Positions 26,133-37,867 of a DNA stretch of 64,000 bases are shown in pieces; the first letter of the stretch is position 1; every line of letters starts with the position of its first letter. The notes beneath the pieces were generated by a model. That model worked only from the letters and a program-made list of their open reading frames with translations. It ran no database searches and had not been told where the DNA came from. A program made the position numbers and the translations under genes. Source of the DNA: Eledone cirrhosa (lineage: Eukaryota); the NCBI GenBank assembly GCA_964016885.1, contig OZ024742.1, positions 322,834,001-322,898,000 of the forward strand, given 5' to 3'.

Positions 26133-26220
26133 GCCCGACATCTGAGCTCTTGCTGTTTCGACAGCTAGTTCCAACTGTTAACAAACAGACTTACAGCAGA
26201 CTAGCCATTTCATGAGGAGC
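26133..26220 (-). ncRNA. Degenerate type I hammerhead motif
   Basis: Minus strand gctc-CTCATGA-aatggctagt...actagctgtc-GAAAC-agc...gat-GTC-gggc. All three stems are recognisable, but the core has G5->C, so it is probably inactive. Confidence 0.55.
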
Positions 26221-26603
26221 GGAGCTAAGGTGATTCACATGTCGGTAAAATAATAGATTGTCCATATAAGGGTATAAGCTGTCTATGTAAGCGTAAAGGT
26301 TCTTTATAGGAAGAAAAGTGTTAGAATAAATTGATTCTATTTTATATATATATATATATATATATATGACAGTCAACAGTCGGTTGACAAGATCCCAGAC
26401 CTCATCAAATCGGACAGAGGAAACTATGTTTCTATTGGTCTTTCCAGTTGCTAATACTATCTACCAGCCGCAAGTCCAAGAAGAAGGAGCAACGTGAAAT
26501 GAAGTGTCTTGCTCAAGGACAATGCATCACCTGGAATCGAACTCAACTTCACGATTGCAAATTCAATTCTCTAACTACTCAGCCATGTGAATTCACTTTA
26601 TAT

Positions 26604-26702
26604 AGTGAGTGAGTGAGTGAGTGAGTGAGTGAGTGAGTGAGTGAGTGAGTGAGTGAGTGAGTGAGTGAGTGAGTGAGTGAGTGAGTGAGTGAGTGAGTGA
26701 GT
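26604..26702. repeat. (GAGT)n microsatellite
   Basis: Directly visible. Confidence 0.95.
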
Positions 26703-29700
26703 GTGTGTTTCGTCACTTATGCGGAAATGGGTAAAAAATTCTGTGGTGTTGAAGCTGTGTGGGAAGAATTAAGCCAAGTTGAAGAATTGTGGAGGGAAAA
26801 TGGAATATATTTATCATCTTTATTTACTGGGGTATGTGTGTATGCATGATTTTTGTCATTTCTGTGGTTGGAGTGGTCAGGAAAATGTTGGCTTAATTGC
26901 AGACACAAAACAACCAAAGACGCCACCAAATCTCGCTACCACTCCCGGACCAAAGAATGGTACTGTCATGCCAGTACAAATTTTATATATCTGTCAACAA
27001 AAGAACCTATTTTTTAGTTTTCTCAAAAGATCACAGATCAGCCGGTTGGTATTATTGTTGTTGTTGACAGGAGCAACATGAAGTGAAATATTTTTCTCAA
27101 CATCAATGTGTCACCCAATCTGGGTATTGAACCTAAAACCTTATGATCACGATAGGTCACACACTTTCATATACGTGTTTGTTCTAGATATACCTACATT
27201 CAGATTGTCTGATGGTCCTATATGCTTACTTACATAAATATTTTGCTGAGTGTATCCAGTTTAGAATAGGTATACCAAATCCCTGCAAGCTGTAAAACGA
27301 CCCCAAAATGAATAGGAAGCCTGTCATGTTACCCACTTTCATGGGGGGAAAAGGCCTTAAAACAATTGTCATATCTATATATATTATACATATAATTTCC
27401 ATCAAATTATTACACTTTTCAGTTTTGAAAAAGACGGACCACATTGGAAAATGTAGCTCTAGATATACAATGCCCAAAGGAAGGAAAGGATGGTCATAAC
27501 TGGAACACCTTAGATCATAAATCTGCTCAACAGGCCTGACCTGGGGCTAAACACTAACTGAGCAAAGACGAATTATGTTATGGACAGAGAAAAATGTTAT
27601 CATCCACTAATTAATATTTTAACCTATACAACAATGATAGACAATCTCAAGGTGTGGCTGCAGTTTACAAATATGTTCACTTCGCATTAGATTTATACAA
27701 TCTAATTTTAATAATTTGAAAGTTAAAGTTCAATTGTTTCAGTAAAGGTATACATCTAGTTTATCATAGTAAAGTTTCCATTATTTAATCTCAATCTTTT
27801 AAAGTATCATTACTATCTTAGACTTATTTTTCATTATCTGATGACTGACAAATTATAAAAAAATATTTACTTCATTTGCATCATCAAGATGTTACATAGA
27901 ACAGATATAATCTTGTTTATATAAACCTTGGGTAAGAATTTGTTAAATATTTCCCCTGGGTAAGATTATGAGCAGCACTTCTTTACATCATTGTCAGAAA
28001 GTGTAAATGATTTGATTTCTAATTAAACATGAACAAATTTATGAAGAAGTCTTCAGATATTGATAACGATCATGACTGACCATATAGGTTTGCATCTGGA
28101 AAGTTCCTCTCCTAGATGAAAGCATGGCATTGTTTTGTGGAAGACCAGCAGTCTTCCAGGCATGGAAATCCTCACTTGCCACAACACAGTGATGCTGCAA
28201 CTCATTTTTTTTCAGCTGAGTGGAGTGGACCAACGTCAAATAAAGTGTCTTGCTGAAAGACACAATGAGCCACCCACTATGGGGAATCAATATCATAAGC
28301 ACAACATCACTAAGCCATGCACATTCACAACAAATATCAGAGTTGATAAAAATGTAACAATGGAAATATGAAAACCCCCGTTTTTAGAACTACAGAAATG
28401 TGACCTTCCTCCTTACTCATATTTGGATACCAACTTCAGATAAGCCATTTTCTTCTTTGCCATGTAGATATTTTCTTTGTGTACAATGTCAATACAACAA
28501 GTATTTTAAGGCCATTTTCCCAGCTAAAGCTGGATTTTGACTTGCAGACCCCATGATAGACTTCATACTCATCATGGAGTCCTTTTTGAAGCAATGTTTT
28601 ACTGCTAGATACCCTTCTTTGTACCAATCCTTTTACTCACCTTTTATGATTCACCTCAGCAAGCCCAGAGGCTCATCAGTCCACAGCCTTTCCTAATTTT
28701 ATTAGTGTAAAACAACTCAGACTACAAGACTACTTCCTGAACAGGGCACCAGTCTATTGCAGGGTTAATCACCAGCTGCTGCTGATGGTACTCAATTTCA
28801 GTTGAGTTGATTGGAACAGCATGAAATGCCCAGTTCAGGAATCAATTGAATGACATTACAAGCACGAGTCCAACATTAACCACTTGGCAACATGCCTTAT
28901 TCATCATCAACATTCACCACTCTGCAGAGAAGCAGGAAATAAAGTTAATTCAGTGGGATTTATACCCAAAACGTCAAAGTCTGTAACTAAACACTCTTAA
29001 ATCTGTAAACTGGTCATGTCGGTGACCCAACAAAAAGCACTCAGCCCACACTGTAAAGTGATCATTTTGGTGCCACGATAAAAAGCACCTAGTCTACATT
29101 GTAAATGTGGTTGGCGTTAAGAAGGGCACCCAATCGTAGAAACAAGCCATAAACAGTTCTGTATGAGCAAGACACGGTCATATGATCTGACTTATCACAA
29201 ATGGGACAACTCGTCTAACCCATGCTAGCGTGGAAAAATGGACGCTAAACGATGATGAAGATTATATATACATACATAAATTGTCATGTAAGTCATGCTC
29301 CAAACACCGCATTAATATATATAGTGTGTGTGTGTGTAGGAATCTATCGTCGTCATCGTTGCGCGAAAGTACCACGATATATCCGATATACATCCCCCAC
29401 AACCATCAACATTCAATGGTTAACCCAGGGAATATAAATATATATATGTAAAGCCATAAAAGCCTAAAATGTGTTCGGTTTATATATATAAGGCCGCTGA
29501 GAAAATACAAGGGGGCGTTAACCAAAACTAGAAATTGTAGTTTAGCTGACAGTATAGGGAACGACGGAGAGAGGGGGGAGTAACATTGGCACTCCAAGTA
29601 TTTAGAGGGATTAGTACCGTTAGTCATGTTGACACACGTGGGTTCCGTCTCAAAGACACACACGTATCCCGAAAGAAGAAATTTTTATAAGAGATATCAA

Positions 29701-32700
29701 ACTTTTTTATACCAAACCGTTCCTGGTTGTATGATATAAAACTGTTTGTTTTAAGATGTTTGCATTTATCTAAAAACCTTCCATAATTATTTTATGTAAG
29801 AACTTTTTTTAAGTTAGCTTTCAAACACGAACTTGATTATTTTCAAAATTATTTATAATATGCAGTGCCTTTTATTAGAATTACGACAATAAAGAACCTT
29901 CATCTTAATTGTCATCTAAGAGCCTTTAAGTTACGTTACAAACATTTGATAAATAATGAGAAAGTTATGTAACTAAACCTTCAAATTCATGATTAATTTC
30001 AAAATTATTTGTAAATTATAAACAGTGTCTTTCATTAGAAATATGGTAACGAAAGGATTACGAGAGGGAGAGAGCAAAGTGAAGGACATTGTGAATAGGT
30101 TTCTTCCAAAAGAAAGAGTGGGCGGTAGTGAACGATGGGATGCGATGGATGTCAATCGGATATTTCTTTTAACATTGTCACCTTGTCTTTCTACTTTACC
30201 TTATAACCATTACCCCTTTATTTTTTCACCGTTTCCAGAACCACATTGAGACAGTCGAGTTAGCCGTATCAATGACACATTCTAACAGGGAAACAACGTT
30301 TTAAAAAAAAAATTGGATAAGTTGTTATGGTATTTCAACGGTGGGAATTTCAATGACAGCGAAGTATTAATATTATTTTTAAAAAAACATTATATTAATT
30401 TATATTATATGGAAAGTGAATGTTCAAAAATACGTGAAACAAAATGAAATAGTTGTTCGTGTCTGAAGGATATTGATGTAAACAGAGACGGGGAGGCGAG
30501 TAACTATCGGACTCAACAGTTAAGAAGTTTTCTAGGTTTATAATATGATCACCATATACATACATACATACTACATACATATGTTACACGGGTGTATTAT
30601 TTAACTATATATGCGTGTGTGTGTGGAGGCATGGAATAGAAGAGAAAAGGGGCGGATGATGTCAATTAAAGAAACAAAAAAAAAAAAAAAAAAAAAAAAA
30701 ATCAGTTTTGACATTAAAAAAAAACTCTTTAACGAAACCACATATAATATATTGCATGATTAAAAAGACAGAAATAGTAAAATGACATGTACATATTGGT
30801 GGACCCCCTAGCATGGCAACAGTTGGAACCAGTAATATATATAACTCGACACCACACATCTATACATACATACACAACCATTCAATACCACCCCCTAAAT
30901 TTTAAGTAATAAATATAATTCAAATGAGGGGCAAAAATTCAAAACGGCAGCTTTGACTTTTTCATTCACTCGATAGGGATTTATTGATATATATATATAT
31001 ATATATATACACACACCGGCGAGTCCCTGTTTGAACAAAATATATACGCACATACCGATCTAGATAGGTAGACGAAAGAGAGAGAGAGAGAACAAGAGAT
31101 ATAATGGTACATGTAAAGGTATGTGACAGGATTAACAACCCTTTAAGACAAACATACAAGTAAGGGACAACAAAATTAAAACGGGAACACTGTCAAAATA
31201 TAAATATATCTAAGAAGTAATAACGGTTCTCCGAGGACGATGAAAAACCCCGATATAAAAATGTCTGATGCTGCAATGAATGGAAATGTCTTACCTCGTC
31301 CGAACGTACCGCCGTTGATGTTTATACTAACATATATATGCACACATAGACACAACTGCTCACACACACATACAAGCTTGTCAAGAAACTGAAGTAGTAG
31401 GAGGATGTCAGGTCAGGTCAGGTCAAGGTTCACGAGAGGAGAAGGTGAAGGAAACGATTTCCTTCTCTTACAACATACAATATCCACTTTCTGTTTTCCT
31501 CTCCTTCTACTTCTTTGCATCTCTCTTTCTTTATGCATGCTTTCTTTTTCTCCTCTCTTCTTTACATGTTTCGTTCTTCTCTGTCCCCGCCCTCATGCTT
31601 TTCTCACCTGCATCTCTACACCTTTTTTTCCAACCTCCCCTAACCATTTTGCTTATTTCTTTTTGTCTTTACGTTTCCCCTTCTACTTTTGGTTTTCTTC
31701 ACCCCGCCTTCATTTCATTAACTTTCTTTTACTCATTCTATCTCCTGACTACAAATTCGCTTTTAAACGGGACGGTGTATGAACCGCTACGCAGCCGCTC
31801 TATCTGCTAGAAATAGCAACCAATTCTTTCTCAAACTATGTCATACTCTCTAAAGCAAAGAACACATTAGTTAATGTAGTTCTAGATGGTCCTAAAATTA
31901 TTATTAGCTTTATTCATTCAGAGCTAACAGAGCTTCAAGAAACGAAAATAAAAATAAAAAAAATTCTATCCTTTAGTCGAGTTTGACAACTTTATAAAGT
32001 TATTTAGAAAACCTTTTTGTCAACATTCGGTCATGGTTATGCTGATAGTTGTGGTGTGGGCCCTGTCAGTCATAAGTGCTGTTAGAGTAATTACAAAGTT
32101 GTAATTCTCAGAGACCCAGGTCACATACTCCCTTTGCAATCCCAGGTTTCCTCAATTCCTCACCCTATTAAAAAACAAGCAAGGTTTTCAAACCTCAACA
32201 TTTTTATACTCCTAAACGGGGATATATTGGTATTTCAGTGGATATATACACAATGAACATTATTCTTTCTCAGAAAAGATTCTTCCCTTGGTTAAAATTA
32301 CTCCACTGGGAGCCAAGTGCCTCCTGTTGAGAATTACTATTGTAAACGTTATATATACAATGGAAGGTTTGTTTTTATGTATATGTGAGAAGGAATATGT
32401 ATTAAATGAAAATGAAAATGAAAAATAAATGTGAGAAAAATAAGAGAGAGCAAGACAGATGTGAAATGTACCCGAGGTGGGGTAATAATGATGAAGAGAG
32501 GAGGTAGGGGAAAGTTTGAAGAAAGGATAGAAAAATAAGGAGCACAATATATAAAGATAGAGGGATGTTTGACAAAGAAGGAACACGGGGAGGACTGGGA
32601 AGTTGAGAAAAAGATGGAGTAATATTACAAAAGGGGGTATTTATTTTGGAGGGAGGGTATAGTAGAGAAAGATAAGGGATTTGAGAAGGGAGAAGTACAG

Positions 32701-33164
32701 TGGAGAACGAGGTAGTTTGAGAAAAATAGTGATAGGATGTAGAGAAATAGGTAAGAGATGTTTCAGGCGTGGAATGAATGATTTGAGGGGAAAAGGGTAG
32801 AGAAATAGATAGTGTAATGAGAGGGAGAGTAGAGAAACATATGGAGGATGTTACAGAAGGTGGGGTATAATAAATTATAGGAGGTTAGAGTAGAGAAAGA
32901 GGAGTAAGGTGAAATATGAGGAGTAGAGAAAGAAGTGAATAGAAGTATGATAAAGAGCAGAAGGTAGTGGAGTGAGTTGTGTAACAAAGAATAAAAGTGC
33001 ATAGATCGATAATGCAGCAACACTGTTATTATTGAGTAGACCAGGCTTGGATATACTAACAGTCATTATTATTACAGTTATAATGGTAATAATTTTAATG
33101 ATGAATGGTAATTAAAAAGTATTTTGCATCAGACTTGCTGCTCTGAAAAAAAAACCGGACTCAA

Positions 33165-33245
33165 GTTGCTGACGTTTCATGCTTTGACTTGTTTGACAGA
33201 ACGACTGCGATTGGTCGGAAATTAGTTAATTGGTCCAATCATTAT
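33165..33245 (+). promoter_or_regulatory. Candidate promoter: CRE-like TGACGT plus three CCAAT/ATTGG boxes
   Basis: TGACGT at 33170, ATTGG at 33210 and 33229, CCAAT at 33235. These lie about 250 bp upstream of the 33485 ATG in a locally CpG-retaining region. Confidence 0.45.
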
Positions 33246-33484
33246 ACGGCTTTCTATATACTGCTGAACTCTTCAACGATAACTCGCAATGTTGTGTAGA
33301 AAACAGAGCGGGAAATTCAGTAAGACGTTTTAAATTCACTAAAAACAAACCCAGAAACCCAAACAATAACCATACGAAAGGAAATCCTTTCTTTTCTTTT
33401 ATTTCTCTTCTTTTTTTTTCTAAAAAAAAAAAAAGTATCTCCCTGCAAACTTCCTATTTCCCCCATTGTACTGGTCAAACAGTG

Positions 33485-33851
33485 ATGGGATTTTTTGAAA
33501 TTATTGTCTATATTTTCTTCAAACCTTTCTATCTTATATTTCAAGGATTGTTATTTCCGTTTAATTTCATCGCACAACTACTGATAGATGTGGTTGAAGA
33601 TGACTCGAACGAATTAATCGAAGAGGAAACTGAATACCCTACGTCTAGTTATGAACTGGGTGGTCGACCCGGCTGCATCTGTCGAAATCGCGGTTCGTTG
33701 ATAAGTTCTGAAAGCACGGACGATGATGACACACCTGTGAAGAATATATGTCGCCATAAGCCACTACCACAACAGTTGATATCACCACTTGGTGGTGCGG
33801 ATTACCATGCTATCAATATACCTTATATTATCCGACAACATGAGAAAATGG
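33485..33851 (+). CDS. Probable first coding exon of an unidentified gene (hydrophobic N-terminal segment, then acidic/Ser-rich region)
   Basis: Non-repetitive, CpG-containing ORF MGFFEIIVYIFFKPFYLIFQGLLFPFNFIAQLLIDVVEDDSNELIEEE...GGADYHAINIPYIIRQHEKM, ending at a perfect G|gtaagt donor, with CCAAT boxes upstream. Family not recognised and no second exon found. Confidence 0.65.
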
Positions 33852-34169
33852 GTAAGTCTTCAGTTAGTGAAAAAATACATATATTTATATTTGTGTTAAT
33901 GGTAGCTTCTCAATCTCTCTCTCTATAAATATCAGTATATATATATATTGAAAGATACGCATGCAGCTGTGTTGACAATTTATTTATAATAATATATATA
34001 GAATTATGTGCAAATGTATATATGTGTGTGTCCACATGTTTACCAATATGTTTCAATGATAGTCCGAATTGTGAATATATTTTCTGTTAAATCTGTCAAT
34101 TTGCTTTGGCATCACTTTTGATAAAGACCCCCCTCCTTCATGAATCAACTGTGCTTCCTTTCAAGAAAA

Positions 34170-34945
34170 TATGTATGTATATGTGTGTATATATATGTAT
34201 ATGTGTATATATGTGTGTATGTGTATATATATATATGTGTATATATGTGTGTATGTGTATATATATATATGTGTATATATATATGTGTATATATATGTGT
34301 GTATATATGTGTGTGTATATATGTGTGTGTATATATATGTGTGTATATATGTGTGTATATATATGTGTGTGTATATATATGTGTGTATATATGTGTGTGT
34401 ATATATATGTGTGTATATATATATATATATATGTGTATATATATATATATGTGTATATATATATATATATGTGTATATATATATATATATGTGTATATAT
34501 ATATATATATGTGTATATATATATATATATGTGTATATATATATATATATGTGTATATATATATATATATGTGTATATATATATATATATGTGTATATAT
34601 ATATATATATGTGTATATATATATATATGTGTATATATATATATATATGTGTATATATATATATATGTGTATATATATATATATATGTGTATATATATAT
34701 ATATATGTGTATATATATATATATATATGTGTATATATATATATGTGTGTATATATATATATGTGTGTATATATATATATATGTGTGTATATATATATAT
34801 ATGTGTGTATATATATATATATGTGTGTATATATATATATATATGTGTGTATATATATATATGTGTGTATATATATATATATGTGTTTGTATATATATGT
34901 ATATGTGTTTGTATATATATGTATATGTGTGCGTGTATATATATA
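34170..34945. repeat. (TA)n/(TG) compound microsatellite
   Basis: Directly visible. Confidence 0.97.
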
Positions 34946-35088
34946 ACGAAGGAGGTGTGGTAAAGAACCAGATGGACCATAACGCTCCAGAGTACTCAAT
35001 ACTTAGGGTAGTAGAGTGGGTAATAGGAAAATGTTTGACCCTGACGGCAGAGCTCAAGCCGTTTCGACGCTCACAATAATTTCTATAC

Positions 35089-35143
<55 letters not shown>

Positions 35144-35228
35144 AAAGTTCTATTTAAATTGTTGGGATACAACAAGCAAATATTTTTATAACTGATATAA
35201 AGCACTCAACAAATATTTGGAGTAAAAA

Positions 35229-35596
35229 TACGATATTTACAAATGGAGACTATTTATGAAACCATATTTATTTCATTATACATATTTCAAGGACACCAAG
35301 TTAAATTATAGTGTGCTTTCATCAGATAAAATATAATATAGATCAGTTTTATAAATAAATATTGACATACCCTTAAAGAATGCAACCATTGCTGTAGGAA
35401 GCTCCCGGATAGTCTATGCGGGAACTTCCAGTAATGGTTGCATTCTTTAAGGGTATGTCAATATTTATTTATAAAACTGATCTATATTATATTTTATCTG
35501 ATGAAAGCACACTATAATTTAACTTGGTGTCCTTGAAATATGTATAATGAAATAAATATGGTTTTATAAATATAGTTTCTATTTGTTAATATCGTA
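35229..35596. repeat. Long inverted repeat (foldback), arms about 170-180 bp
   Basis: 35229-35408 is the near-perfect reverse complement of 35418-35596; (TA)n lies on both sides. Confidence 0.9.
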
Positions 35597-37867
35597 TATA
35601 TATATATATATGCGGCGAATTGGCAGTCGTTAGAACGTGGGGTAGAATACTATATGGTATTCGTTCCGGTTCTCTCTTCTCTCTGAGTTCATCCTTTTTC
35701 TATATCTCTTTCCCTCTCTCAATTCTTTTCTGGAAGATCTACCTTGTTCATACCCAGTGAGGGATGGGCTCCACCAGGCTTAAAAGGCCCCTACGATTTC
35801 CGGGAGTTATGGGACTATCACACACTCGCTTTCCTGAAACATCGTAGCTATGTTGTAAGCTAATAAACAAATTTATATATTTTTTCTATTATATATGTAT
35901 ATAAATTTGTTTATTAGCTTACAGCATATATATTGAGTTCTTATTCCTTTGTGGACTACAAAATGCTAAGATCACTAGATCAAAACTTAATCCATGCGTG
36001 TGTTTATTGAAGTTATAGAATGTTAGCTTTCTCACTGATTAGTTTCATCTTTTATGGGTATTCATTGAACTGTGCTGATTGTCTATGAAAACTTTCGTAT
36101 AGAGCTCTCTTTTTCAAGAGAAGTAGCAACTAGCCAAACTCTAACCGCCTTTCATCCTGTTTATAAAATTTAACTTGTTTGTCAATATATTTATATTGAT
36201 AATTGAAAGATAAAACAATCTCCAAGGCCCTCTTATTCATTAGGTTAACTAGGTTGAAGGGGGGGGGGGTCAATTTTGTTTTGTTTTGTTTTATTTATTT
36301 GCTGTAGTAGGGTGAAAGTTTGAAGTGCCAAAAGTGGCCCGAAATACATCAAAGCCTAGCGTATCTCTCTGACTAATATAATTCATAAAACAGAAATTCG
36401 GTGGATTTTGACTTTTCTTCGAAGAAATTAAATGTGTGTGTAATGTGGAAAGGCTTTATGAAACCAATGGTCTCTCCAACCTTATAAAAGTTCAGAATTT
36501 ATTAGAATCGTAGTATAATCGAAAAAGGTTTGCGAAGACAAAATCTTTTTCTATTGAAATATTTTATAAAACTTTCGTGAATGTTATACAATAACGATAT
36601 ACACAAAATAACATTTATTGCAAACAAAAGCCTGGAAATAATTCCCTTAAAAAGTATGAAATATAATTTTTCTAATTTTTTTTTTTCATACATCTACGTA
36701 CAAGGTTACCCCATTTGAATATAAAAAAGTGGGATGTTGCGGAGAATGGTTGAATGGTGATGGTATGTTAGGGGCTACTATTTTAGACTATCATAGATAC
36801 ACTGCGTATTTTAAAAAAAACACCAATACGGGAGTGGGATTGTGGGTGGAACGCTTTTCTTCATATGTCTGCATTATCATGGCTGACCTAGGGCTAAACC
36901 ACCACTATGGAAACAGCTGGTTCTTATGTGTCCTCATTTATTGGAAAAAATTGTGATATGACAACCGGTTCCTTCCATGTACTCATTACTCCGGTGGCAG
37001 ACATCGAAAATCAATCACTAACTTGTGTGTGTGTATTTGTTATATACATGAGTATATACAGACATAATGTGTATGTGTTTTTGTCTATACAAGCGATTTT
37101 GTTCAGCAATTTCTTCACTATATAAACAATTCAGCGAAAGAGATATTTCGTTTTAGTTTAATTTTGTTTTTCCTTTTCTTTCACCTTCATTTTATTGTTT
37201 GCCATTTATATACCTAAAGCGAAATATCCTGATGTGAGCAGTCGCAAACATGACCTAGTTTATTAAAAAGTTCACTGCACAATCATGAGGTTCTGTATTC
37301 TATCCCACCGTGTGACATCTTAATCATGTCTTTTACCATAGCCTTGAGTCGATTCAAATTTTGGGTACATTTTTATTATTACATCCATCTCTAAGATGTG
37401 TGTAATATGTTGTTTTATTTATTTTTTTTTTTAAAGTTTAGTTAGTTCATAGAAGTTAGAAGTTTATATTTTTGCTATGATTTTGAGTTTTGAAAGAGGA
37501 TGGCCTTCAAAACCGTCCTAAATCACTTGTTAGCTGTGGTTCCCCCACTCCAGAACTCCGTAATACTCGTCTGTAATAATATAAATTTATCAAATCTTGT
37601 GATTGAGAGTGGAAAATGGAACCTATGTGGAAGCCCAATGGACACCCATGCTGAATCTATCTAAGGATTATTTTAGAGGTAAACATGTCTTTAGAATACT
37701 CAGCCACTTACATGCTTATTTAATGAGTAGGTTCCAATACCCAAAAAGTGTTGAGTGCTCGAAATAATATGTGTGTATATGTATACAATATATATAGAAG
37801 AAACGGGGCTGTGTGGTTACTTTATAAAGTGTATTTAAAAATAAAAGGAAAGAACAAACGGAGGACA

